A DNA stretch of 62,662 nucleotides. Source: an uncultured Fibrobacteraceae bacterium. GTDB lineage: Bacteria > Krumholzibacteriota > Krumholzibacteriia > LZORAL124-64-63. The position numbers and the translations under genes were made by a program. Below, in pieces: positions 10,001 to 25,101 of the stretch; within the stretch, counting starts at the first letter, position 1, and the number at the start of each line of letters is the position of its first letter. Under the pieces are notes generated by a model. That model saw only the letters and a list, made by a program, of their open reading frames with translations. It was not told the origin of the DNA and did not search any database. Location of the stretch: the NCBI GenBank assembly GCA_964545545.1, contig CAZJGK010000004.1, positions 1-62,662 of the forward strand, written 5' to 3'.

Positions 10001-10493
10001 TGTGCGCACCGGGCGGGCGTCGACTTGGCAATGGCGCCTTTATTCAAAGCAGGAAATCCGGGCCAGCACCGAGGATGTCTTGAGCGCACGCAGAAGTTTC
10101 CAGGTCACGACCCGCAGTGCGGAACTCGGCTGGACCTTCGGTCCCGGCCCCGATTTGAGATTCACCCTGCAGGGAGAGTATCTGGACCGGCGTGACGGCG
10201 TGACGGGAGTTCACCAGACCGAGTGGGCCGGTCATCCCACGGGGCGGCGGCGCCTGGCGAAAGCCTGGACTTTGCTGGGGGATTTTCGGGTCGGCAACAT
10301 CGTAAGCCGGGAACCGGCCGGTGCCATCCGGCCCTGGTTCTTTCCCACCGGCGGCGTAAAGGTGGACGCCTCATTCCGCCTGTCTTGGGAACCCACCCGG
10401 TATCTTACCTTCGCGGCCAGCTGGTTCGCGCGCAAGGAAGGGGAAAGGAGGTGGCAACACGATGTGCGGCTCGAATCGACAGCGCGTTTCTAG
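7047..10493 (+). CDS. Large (1148 aa) outer-membrane beta-barrel protein, family not recognised
   Basis: It starts 2 nt after the previous stop. Signal peptide ends LCLASPAQA/AP. A long run of amphipathic beta-strands ends ...DVRLESTARF (C-terminal Phe). Confidence 0.7.
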   Translation: MRNEPGRFLWLLLVLCLASPAQAAPAGKILYRAEVEFHALPPGSELLTLAHGFIEPSSLQVILADSLLVDGRDIRLRGRTGVLVPLRPWRDLIPVSADSSRGLGLVISYRFLPAAVPARLDLRPIGAGPEHKPGGTGLPGYASTESGLPGTDQLTVRGSKTVQVSSGSRRDMVVDQNLRLDISGQLTDDISVRAFLSDDNLPVVPEGNTQQLRDIDKVLVQLQSRHWSSTLGDFVARREGTAFGNYRRKLQGVSLEGKSGSVKYEVLAGSPRGRYRTLQIKGQESNQGPYFLGGGDSAANLFIVAGSEHVTLDGIAMVRGADRDYVIDYVRGTVTFTYKRLITAESSIFVEYEEGEGPYGRTVSGAGTGVDFILPGALGPGSFRMRVLSEKDDPGRLRTGELGPDDEAILAAAGDDPDLAVAAGAVAVPDSTGAYDLVTGDGQDYYVQAHGSGLWNVSFYFVGPGKGDYDLDTLGSSGQRLFVYRGKQLGSYAVGRPLELPSAHSMVSLTAAMGDSAGTHLNTEWDVSTRDLNRLSAIGDADNHGGALHLEGKLKNQPLRFGDVSLGGVSLKAQYSDLTATFRPFELNRNIFSYRQWGLEDRARREGFLDEADRQWTLNGNWETGGDRHHLLVGYVRGGLDHGVGMTADRTSWQGKWRWAGLTGSHTWDEGTARDSREPLSISNTRRRHEVSWQLGWLRPGVQYDFERWRDGARGGDVAAGYRRDQVGLSLDGKHGKALTWRVSFNRELADSLRTGAWDRQRDGRTSRLNLATGSLAGMRLVTTATLRRILRPDLPEQTTRLGQAVLAGKWARTLTDFSLGYRVDNSRTEVLDRQIVFVGDRQGDYDQDGQFLGQDLGAYDMVLAGTDSLVATTAVKADLNWRQGFGFLGRERWYGAWSVFTLASVEGRSTTDDISRLLALDPRLILADSTTVLGDVTMSQEWTFLQNHPRVDLRGKFDFRQTRDRQFATHPEDRLQRNWQARGSVRTGRASTWQWRLYSKQEIRASTEDVLSARRSFQVTTRSAELGWTFGPGPDLRFTLQGEYLDRRDGVTGVHQTEWAGHPTGRRRLAKAWTLLGDFRVGNIVSREPAGAIRPWFFPTGGVKVDASFRLSWEPTRYLTFAASWFARKEGERRWQHDVRLESTARF

Positions 10494-10506
10494 CAGGCTG
10501 AAGGAG

Positions 10507-17171
<6,665 letters not shown>

Positions 17172-17175
<4 letters not shown>

Positions 17176-18779
17176 CCATGAGCACCAAACCTCAGCATAT
17201 CCTGGGGGACATTCCTCTTGATCTGGAAACATTCATGGCGGTGGTCGACGGCCGCTGCCAGGTGCGGCTGGGGGAGGCGGCCCGGCAGCGGATGGTGCGG
17301 TGTGCGGATTTTCGTCGGGAATTGGCAGGTTCCCAGCGGACCATCTACGGGGTGAATACCGGCTTTGGCAAGTTGGCGGACACGGTGATTCCCGCGCATC
17401 AGCAGGTCGATCTGCAGCGCAATCTCCTGCGCAGCCATGCCGTCGGCTGGGGCGAGGCTTTGTCCAGGCCACAGGTGCGAGGCATGATCCTGCTGCGGGC
17501 GGCTAGCCTGGCTCACGGCTATTCCGGTGCGCGACCGGCCGTGGTGGAACAGTTGCTCTGGCTGCTTGAGCAACAGATTACCCCGTGGATTCCCAGCCGC
17601 GGTTCGGTGGGTGCCTCGGGCGATCTGGCCCCCCTGGCGCATCTGGCTCTGGTCCTGATCGGTGAGGGACATGTTCTGGACCCGGAGGGAAAGCCCCTGC
17701 CGGCTGGTCCTGTTTTCCAGGAAACCGGGCGACCGGCCCTGGTCCTGGAGGCGAAGGAAGGTCTGGCCCTCATCAACGGGACCCAACTGATGAACAGCCT
17801 GGGTCTGCTGGCCGCTTTTCGCGGCGGCCAACTGCTTCGCTCCGCCACGGTGGCTGCCATGCTGTCGCTGGAGGCTCTGGAGGGCAGCGCTCGGCCCCTG
17901 GGCGAAGCTTACCATCAGTTGCGTCCGCATCCCGGCATCCTGGATGTGGCCAAGGCGTGCCGGGGGTTGCTGGCCGGCAGCGGTATCCTGGGAGCTCACC
18001 GCAACTGTTCCCGGGTGCAGGATCCCTATTCGGTGCGTTGTGTGCCCCAGGTGCTGGGCGCCTCTTTGGACGTCGTCCGCCACGCCTGCAGTGTGCTTGT
18101 CCTGGAAGCCGACAGTGTGACGGACAATCCTGTTTTGCTGCCTGAGCAGGGCGAGATCGTCACCGGGGGTCATTTCCATGGTCAGCCCCTGGCTTTTCAA
18201 CTGGACGCTCTCTACCAGGCCTTGAGTGAGGTCGCGAATATTTCGGAGCGCCGGATCAACCTTCTGCTGGGCGGCAACGGGGGCAGGTTGCCCCGCTTTC
18301 TGGCCCGCCGGCCGGGCTTGGAATCGGGCCTGATGATTGCCCAGTACCTGGCGGCGGCCCTTGTCAGTGAAAACAAGAACGGTGCCTTTCCCGCCGCCGT
18401 CGATTCGATCCCCACCTCCGACGGCCAGGAAGATCATGTGAGCATGGGCAGCATCGGCGCCCTGAAACTCTCGTCCCTGCTGGACCGCTGCCAGGCGGTG
18501 GTTGGTCTGGAAATGCTGACCGCCGCCCGGGCGCTCCGGTTTCTATCCCGGCATGACCTCGCAGCCGAGCTTCATCGCAATCCCATACGAACCTCCCTCG
18601 CCCTGGAGGCCGTGGTCGAGGAACTTGACCAGATCGCTGATCTCGAACCCGGAGACCGCTCGCTGACGGGTGATCTGGAGCGCGTGACCGCCTGGCTGAA
18701 TCGGCCCGCCTGGCCTGCCGTGACTTCGGCTTGTCTGGCTTCGGTGAGCGTCGACAGCGGCGGGGAAGGAGCAAGGTAG
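17172..18779 (+). CDS. hutH: Histidine ammonia-lyase
   Basis: The MIO-forming triad ASG sits in GSVGASGDLAPLAHL (17613-17621), and the NTGFG motif is present. GTG 17172 overlaps the dinG stop (GTGA); ATG 17178 is an alternative start. It lies next to hutI. Confidence 0.9.
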
Positions 18780-18781
18780 GA

Positions 18782-20104
18782 ATGTCCTGCGACGTGAAGC
18801 TCCATGGCGGGCTAGTCGGGTCTGCCGTTTCGCCTGACCTGATCGTGGAAAACATCGGCCAGTTGATCACCCTGGACCTGCCCGGTGAAGCGGGGAAGCA
18901 GGGGCCTTTGCGCGGAGGTGACCTGGACCATGTCGTGCCGGTCACCGATGGCATGCTCGTTTGTGGCGGGGGCCGGATCCTGGCGACCGGACCCCGGATC
19001 GATCTTGGCGCCCGCCTGCAGGAACTGGGCTGCGACCTGGGCCGGGTCAAGCGGGTGGACGCAGAGGGATGCACCGTGCTGCCGGGCTTCGTGGACCCGC
19101 ATACCCATCTTGTTTTCGGGCGGACCAGGCAAGATGAATACGAGCGCAGGATTCGCGGGGAAAGCTATCTCGAGATTGCCGCGGCCGGTGGCGGCATCAT
19201 GTCGTCGGTTAATGATCTGCGTGCCCGGACCGAGGATGAACTCGTGCGGCTGGGAGCGACCCGGGTCAGGGAGATGATGGCCTGGGGGACCCTGTCGGTG
19301 GAAGTCAAAAGCGGTTACGGTCTTGATCTGGAAAACGAGTTGAAGATGTTGCGTGCCGCCCGTCGGATCGCCGCGCTAACCGGCGTCAGGATGGTGACCA
19401 CTTGCCTGGCTGCCCATGAGATTCCGGTGGAATACAGGGAGCGCCGGAAGGATTACGTGGCGCTGGTCATGGATGAAATCCTGCCCAGGGTGGCCGCCGA
19501 AGGTTTGGCCGACAGAGCGGATGTATTTTGCGAACCTTCTGTTTTCAACCTGGATGAGACACGGCTGATCCTGAGCCGGGCCAGGGACCTGGGTCTGGCC
19601 CTGACCGTACACGCCGATGAACTGGAGGCTTACGGGGGTGCTGCCGTCGCCGTCGCCCTGGGTGCCGATTCGGCGGATCACTTGATCATGATCGACGCGC
19701 AGGGTATCCAGGCGTTGAGCGCTTCGCCGACTGTGGCCGTCCTGTTGCCGGGAACGGTTTTCAGCCTGGGCCTGGAGAAATATGCTCCCGCCCGCGAAAT
19801 GGTCGCTGCGGGTTGTGCGGTGGCCCTGGCTTCGGATTTCAACCCGGGCAGCTGTTCCATCAGCGCCATGCCGTTGATCATGGCTATTGCCTGCACGCAG
19901 ATGCGCCTTACTCCTGCCGAATGTCTTGCTGCCGCTACCCTTAATGCCGCGTGGGCACTCGGCCTGCAACACGAAACCGGATCCCTGGTTCCCGGTCATA
20001 GCGCTGATTTCCTGCTGCTTGATGGTGATGATTACCGTTTGGTGCCCTACCGGGCAGGGCACAACCCGGTGGCGGCAGCTTTTCTGCGCGGTCGACGGAT
20101 TTAG
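18782..20104 (+). CDS. hutI: Imidazolonepropionase
   Basis: It has the amidohydrolase motif FVDPHTHLVF, EIAAAGGGI and HADE. ATG 18782 is 2 nt after the hutH stop. Confidence 0.9.
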   Translation: MSCDVKLHGGLVGSAVSPDLIVENIGQLITLDLPGEAGKQGPLRGGDLDHVVPVTDGMLVCGGGRILATGPRIDLGARLQELGCDLGRVKRVDAEGCTVLPGFVDPHTHLVFGRTRQDEYERRIRGESYLEIAAAGGGIMSSVNDLRARTEDELVRLGATRVREMMAWGTLSVEVKSGYGLDLENELKMLRAARRIAALTGVRMVTTCLAAHEIPVEYRERRKDYVALVMDEILPRVAAEGLADRADVFCEPSVFNLDETRLILSRARDLGLALTVHADELEAYGGAAVAVALGADSADHLIMIDAQGIQALSASPTVAVLLPGTVFSLGLEKYAPAREMVAAGCAVALASDFNPGSCSISAMPLIMAIACTQMRLTPAECLAAATLNAAWALGLQHETGSLVPGHSADFLLLDGDDYRLVPYRAGHNPVAAAFLRGRRI

Positions 20105-20194
20105 TCCTCAACTTTCCCCGCTCAAGGTCGAACATTAAGTCAGTATTGCAAACTTCGGCCACGCGTTTATGCGAGCCATGGGAACCTACCTGGA

Positions 20195-21826
20195 GTGGGG
20201 GGCCATCACTTGTCCAAATTGAGCCAACTCAAACAGGATGCCTATCAGGCGGGTAAGGCGAGGGATTGGGACCTGGCCATTTCCGTTTATGAACAGATAC
20301 TTGAAATCGAAAAAAAGAACCCGACCCTGGTCAATGAGTTGGGCGATATCTGCCTGAAGTCGGGGGAATCCTCCCGCGCCGTAAAATATTTTCTCAATGC
20401 TGCTTCCCTGTACCGCAAGAACGGACTCGTCAACAACGCGGTCGCGATCTACAAGAAGATTCTGCGCTATGACAGCGACAATCTTAATGCGCACTGGTAC
20501 CTGGCCGAGTCCCGCGCCGGGCAGGGCCTGAAGGCGGAAGGCCAAGCCCACGTCATGGTTTTTCTGACCGGAAGTGGCGACGTGGCCGGGGACCTCAAGG
20601 AAATATTTCTGAAACGATGCGTGAGCCTGCTTGAACTGTACCCGGACAACGAGGAAATCCTGGATAAGCTGGTGCAAATTTTCCGCATGTGGGAAAAGCC
20701 TCTGGAAGCGGCGAGGGCGGGGATTCTTCAATGTTGCTTGAGTCATGGCAAGGAGGAAGCAGAATCCGCGGCTGGGGTGGAAACCATTGTTGCCCGGGAA
20801 CCTGCAGTCAAAAACTACCCGGAATATTCCCGCTGGAGTCAATTGGTGGATCCCCAAGGGACGGGACCCTCAGGCGCTTACGACGATTTCGGTTCCGTGA
20901 ACCTCGGAGACACCGGGCCGGCGCCGACTGCTCCTGGGGCGCGTCAAGATGTGCTCGATGATGTGGCCGCTCCCCGAGACGAAAGCACCTCCTTCGGTGA
21001 AGTCGCGCTGGACGGGGCCGCATCCACCGTGCAGGCACCCCCATCCGGAGAAACAAGTTCCCGCGGGCTCGATGTTCCTGACCCCGCGGACGAGTCCACC
21101 CGCAACGAAACCAGTTTCAGCGACCTCAATGCCGAAATCGATTCCCCGGAGAAAAATTCTGACGAAACGATGCCCGACGCCGATCCCCTGGCGCTGGATA
21201 AGGATGAAGAAGGATGTCTCAGCATCGACTCCCAGGGGATAGGGGATCTGGGCGAGATCCTGTCGGCCGCCATGGGGACCGACAAGGAGGAAGCCAACCC
21301 GGCGACAGATCCGGATCAGGCACCAGGGTCCGAGGAGGGGAAAGTCAATCTCCTGGACCAGCTTTTGGCGGAGGATGACGGTGATCTGCTGGGCAGGGAG
21401 ACCAACCAGCTGGAAACGATCACCGCCGAGATCGGCGCCCAGGTCGGAGGCGATGAGGACACGCCCGACAGGAAATATGAAATGGGGTTGGTCTACCTGG
21501 AAATGGGGATGCTCGATCAGGCGATCGATTGTTTCCAGGGTGTGAGCGCAGACCCGAAATACGCGGGGCGAGCGTACGAAATGTGGTCGATCACGCTGGA
21601 ACGCAGCCATCGGATGGAGGAGGCCCTGACGGTGTTGCGACAGGGTGTTGAGGCCGAGGCCGTCAACCAGACCGGTCGTCTGGGGCTGTTGTATCACCTG
21701 GGCAAGCAGCTCGAACAGGTCCAGCAGACCGATGAAGCAGGTCTGTGTTATGATCGGATCCTGGCCCAGGATCCCGCATATATGGATGTGGCGGCTCTCA
21801 GGTCGAAATTGACCGTGACCACTTGA
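20195..21826 (+). CDS. TPR-repeat protein with a long acidic low-complexity linker
   Basis: TPR-like helices occupy the N terminus (AISVYEQILEIEKKNP, AVAIYKKILRYDSDN) and the C terminus (MGLVYLEMGMLDQAIDCFQ). The central region is D/E/S/P-rich. The start is GTG. Confidence 0.7.
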   Translation: MGGHHLSKLSQLKQDAYQAGKARDWDLAISVYEQILEIEKKNPTLVNELGDICLKSGESSRAVKYFLNAASLYRKNGLVNNAVAIYKKILRYDSDNLNAHWYLAESRAGQGLKAEGQAHVMVFLTGSGDVAGDLKEIFLKRCVSLLELYPDNEEILDKLVQIFRMWEKPLEAARAGILQCCLSHGKEEAESAAGVETIVAREPAVKNYPEYSRWSQLVDPQGTGPSGAYDDFGSVNLGDTGPAPTAPGARQDVLDDVAAPRDESTSFGEVALDGAASTVQAPPSGETSSRGLDVPDPADESTRNETSFSDLNAEIDSPEKNSDETMPDADPLALDKDEEGCLSIDSQGIGDLGEILSAAMGTDKEEANPATDPDQAPGSEEGKVNLLDQLLAEDDGDLLGRETNQLETITAEIGAQVGGDEDTPDRKYEMGLVYLEMGMLDQAIDCFQGVSADPKYAGRAYEMWSITLERSHRMEEALTVLRQGVEAEAVNQTGRLGLLYHLGKQLEQVQQTDEAGLCYDRILAQDPAYMDVAALRSKLTVTT

Positions 21827-21894
21827 TGTAGTCCTGCCGGAAATATTTTTCCTCACCGCTACCCAACAGGTGAGGCCTGGGTTAAGATTCCCCG

Positions 21895-24531
21895 ATGGAC
21901 AAGGCGAATGTGACATCCGAACGCCCACGCGGAGTCCGTGCCGCCGTATTGCTGGGGCTTTTCGCCGGCACGGCCACAGGCGCGGGTTTTCTGTTGTCGG
22001 GCCTTCCCAACCTGGAATTGATGAGCCTGATCGTGGCCCTGTCCGGGGCGGTGCTCGGCGTCCGTCCGGGTGCGATTTGCGGGATGCTGGCTGCCGGGAT
22101 CTACTCCCTGGCCTCGCCCTATGGGGTCCCCGCCGTGTGGGTGCTGGGCGCCCAGATGTGTGGCATGGCCGGTGCCGGAACCCTGGGCGGTCTGTGGGGT
22201 ACCTTGCCGCCGCGGTTATTCGCCCCCGGCAGGCCGTGGCCTTCGGTGGTGGCGGCTGCTTGTCTGGGCGTATTGGTGACAACCTGGTATGAAGTTCTCA
22301 CCAATCTCGCCGTGTTGTGGGGATTCGGCCTGGAACCACGAGTCGTGCTGATCGGTGCCGTGCCGTTTTATCTCATTCATACGGGATCCAATGCCATGAT
22401 TTTTGCCCTGCTATTTCCTCCGCTGGCCACCCGCCTGTCGCACCTGGGCCACGGTGCCTTGAAAGGCCGGATGAATTCCGGGGCGGCGCTGGTCCTGCTC
22501 CTGATTTTTCTGGGAGCCGGCAAGACCCAGGCCCAGGACAAGGGGCAGGCGGGGACCGATTCCCTCACGGTTTCAGAAACCCCGCTGGTGACCCTGAAGC
22601 CGGCAAACACCGTCAATGGCTGGCGGCGGGGACTATGGCATCCTTTTTCCCAATCTCTGGTGGACCAGTTGGGTTGGAGTGGAAATCTGGTGCCGATCCG
22701 CGATGGTGGTTTGGGGGCGTCCGTTAGGATCCTGGGCGAGGTATCGACTTCCCCTTATCCCATCGTGATGAGGGACGGGTTGCCGCTGGGCACAGGCCAT
22801 GTGCTGGCCGACAATCCCGGCCTCGTGCCCCTGGCGGGCATGGAGATCGACTCCCTTGGTTGTGGTCTTGACCCCTGGGGCGGCTCGGGGGGCTGGATTC
22901 AACTGCACCGTCATGACCCGGTTCCCCAGGATGCCTTCTCCTCATACCAGGGGACAAAAGGCCGTCATGAAACCTATATGCGAAATGTGCAACTGCTTAC
23001 GCCACAGGCCCCTTGGCGTTTTGGCTTCGAGTACCAGGAGAACCTTGATCTGGAGGGCTACAACTTTACGGATTTGCCGGGTGATGTATTTGACCCGGTA
23101 GATGACACGTACTTTCCCGGACACGCACGCCTGCGCCAGAGCCATGCGCGCCTGACCCGGAATCTGGGTCCGGATTCCCGCCTGGATGTGGACTACGATC
23201 AGGGGCGTCTGACCAAGGACCAGCTGCCGGCTTTGGTGGCGGGCCATCAGGAGATCTGGTCGGATGGCGTGTCGGTGGACATGCATGGCGGCACGAACCG
23301 ACTCGGGATGCGGACCGCGGTTTTCTGGCGCAACAAGGATGTGAAGCTGGGACCTGCCTCGGATTCTTTTGATACGACCTCCCGCCTGCTGGAGACCGGC
23401 CGCGAAGGCGCTCTGGTCGAGCTTACCCTCAGGCACCGCCCAACCGCGCCTGCCATGGCCGTGCCCGCAGTGGCGGATTCCCTGACCGGGCCCGGCGTGC
23501 AGGAAGCCGTTGCGGATTCCCAGGTCGCCCTGCGACCGCCGGAGGCCGTTTCGGATACATTAGTTCGGTATCACGATCCCTCCTACCTCCGCCTGAAACT
23601 ATCGGTGTCAAGCTGGACCCTTGATGATACCGGCGCGGATACGACCTGGGCCGGCCCTGTCGCCGATCCGGTTCACATGGATGGCCAACAGGCCACCGCC
23701 ACATTGTCGACGCAGTTCCGGCGGGTCGGCCTGGATTGGCGGGCGCAGGCCGGAGGCCTGTGGAATAACCGGTTGGGCTGGGATTCCACCGCCGCCGTGA
23801 GCCTGCAACAAAGGTGGGGCCGCCTGGGACTGCGGCTATTCTGGGAGACGGGCGGCCGCGCCCCCCGCAGTGACGAACTGGGGACAATCCTGCGGCATGG
23901 TGTCGCTGACCGGGTACTCATCCTGGATCCCAATCCCGACCTGAAAAGGGAAAGGACCATGCGCGCCGGTGGACGGCTGAGCGTGGACATCGCTGGTCTG
24001 AATCTTGCCATGGATGGTGTGGCCGGCCGACTCAGCGAGGGCATCACCTGGGTGGCCGCCACCCCCGGCGGTGACCGTGGCCGCTTGGTCAACGGTGCGA
24101 ACCTTGATTTCCAGAAACTGACCACGGCCGTGTCCCACGAGGGCCGCTTCCTGGGCTGGGGTCGAGTCCGTTACGAGGGCACATGGCAGAATATCACACC
24201 CGACGGACTTCCCCCGTCGACCCTGCCTCCGCGGCGGTATTCCCGGCTGCAGGTGATGTGGGAAAACCATCTTTTCGAAGAGGACGGGATCCTGGAAATC
24301 GCCCTGTTCAGCACCCACGTGGGGGAGATGGCGGACCCCTGGGATGTGACGCGCTCGGCCCTGATACCCTCACGGACGATTCAGGATCTTGTGTTGGGAT
24401 TTCGGTTGGTGGGGGCGGATCTGTCCCTGGCGTTTCGAAATTTCACGGGACAACGTTATCGCCTGACGTCCGGGGCCTGGGGGCCGGGCAGGGAAACGGT
24501 GATGAGACTGGCCTGGAGCTTCACCCGCTGA
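21895..24531 (+). CDS. Fusion ORF: multi-TM membrane domain (ECF S-component-like) plus a TonB-dependent-receptor-like plug and barrel
   Basis: Residues 1-190 are highly hydrophobic with about 5-6 TM segments. An internal Met at 22471 starts a signal-peptide-like MNSGAALVLLLIFLGAGKTQAQ. A plug-like segment follows (VRILGE...IVMRDGLPLG), then a long beta-rich region ending LAFRNFTGQRYRL...RLAWSFTR. Confidence 0.6.
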   Translation: MDKANVTSERPRGVRAAVLLGLFAGTATGAGFLLSGLPNLELMSLIVALSGAVLGVRPGAICGMLAAGIYSLASPYGVPAVWVLGAQMCGMAGAGTLGGLWGTLPPRLFAPGRPWPSVVAAACLGVLVTTWYEVLTNLAVLWGFGLEPRVVLIGAVPFYLIHTGSNAMIFALLFPPLATRLSHLGHGALKGRMNSGAALVLLLIFLGAGKTQAQDKGQAGTDSLTVSETPLVTLKPANTVNGWRRGLWHPFSQSLVDQLGWSGNLVPIRDGGLGASVRILGEVSTSPYPIVMRDGLPLGTGHVLADNPGLVPLAGMEIDSLGCGLDPWGGSGGWIQLHRHDPVPQDAFSSYQGTKGRHETYMRNVQLLTPQAPWRFGFEYQENLDLEGYNFTDLPGDVFDPVDDTYFPGHARLRQSHARLTRNLGPDSRLDVDYDQGRLTKDQLPALVAGHQEIWSDGVSVDMHGGTNRLGMRTAVFWRNKDVKLGPASDSFDTTSRLLETGREGALVELTLRHRPTAPAMAVPAVADSLTGPGVQEAVADSQVALRPPEAVSDTLVRYHDPSYLRLKLSVSSWTLDDTGADTTWAGPVADPVHMDGQQATATLSTQFRRVGLDWRAQAGGLWNNRLGWDSTAAVSLQQRWGRLGLRLFWETGGRAPRSDELGTILRHGVADRVLILDPNPDLKRERTMRAGGRLSVDIAGLNLAMDGVAGRLSEGITWVAATPGGDRGRLVNGANLDFQKLTTAVSHEGRFLGWGRVRYEGTWQNITPDGLPPSTLPPRRYSRLQVMWENHLFEEDGILEIALFSTHVGEMADPWDVTRSALIPSRTIQDLVLGFRLVGADLSLAFRNFTGQRYRLTSGAWGPGRETVMRLAWSFTR

Positions 24532-24587
24532 AAACCGCGGCGTCCTTTGCCCCCGGACTTCCTCTGCGGCAGGCGGTCGGTTTCCTG

Positions 24588-24953
24588 GTGCTGATCCTGG
24601 TGCTGGCAGCCGGCCACCAGTTGCGCGTCCACCTGTTGCTGGGGCCGGAGGGTGCCTGGAGACAGGAATTGCAGCACTTGCCCTGGAGTGACGAGGGCGG
24701 CGACATGGCGGATGTACCCGCGGTCCCCAAAGCTGTATTATCGCTTCCCTTGGCCATCAATACGGCTCCCCTGGACAGTCTTGTGTTGTTGCCTGGAGTG
24801 GGGCCTGTGCTGGCCGCCAGGATCCGTGATGCCCGCAATTCAGGCCACATTTTCCGGAAAGCATCGGATCTGAAAGTCGTCAAAGGCATCGGCGCACGCC
24901 TGGCTGCCCGGCTGGACACCCTTCTCGCCTACGGATCCGCCTCCGCCAAATAA
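24588..24953 (+). CDS. comEA: ComEA-type helix-hairpin-helix DNA-binding protein (start uncertain)
   Basis: The C-terminal tandem HhH is INTAPLDSLVLLPGVGPVLAARI...VVKGIGARLAARL. A hydrophobic segment VGFLVLILVLAAG lies upstream. No ATG/GTG/TTG occurs in frame between 24531 and 24588, so the start may be GTG 24588 or CTG 24528. Confidence 0.65.
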   Translation: MLILVLAAGHQLRVHLLLGPEGAWRQELQHLPWSDEGGDMADVPAVPKAVLSLPLAINTAPLDSLVLLPGVGPVLAARIRDARNSGHIFRKASDLKVVKGIGARLAARLDTLLAYGSASAK

Positions 24954-25101
24954 TTCAGGTTAAAGTCTTATGGCTTCCAACCGATCAATGCAGGGAGCGG
25001 GGTATCCGTTGCGGCCCGATTTGTGGATCGAAACAGGGCGTCGTTCCGGTTCGCGGAGCTTGGCAGGGCCTGGAAGCGGAAACAACAATGACGAGGGACC
25101 G

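Noticed and set aside
21851-21875. Hairpin CCTCACC-N11-GGTGAGG between the TPR gene and the fusion ORF. I considered it as a terminator or a small riboswitch (preQ1-like) for the S-component-like domain.
   Set aside because: No T-tract follows the stem and there is no A-rich pseudoknot tail. The 68-nt gap is too short for the larger vitamin riboswitches. The resemblance rests only on a short GCUAC loop string.
25061-25077. TGGCAGGGCCTGGAAGC upstream of pilB, considered as a possible fourth sigma-54 promoter.
   Set aside because: There is no TTGC -12 element at the required spacing.
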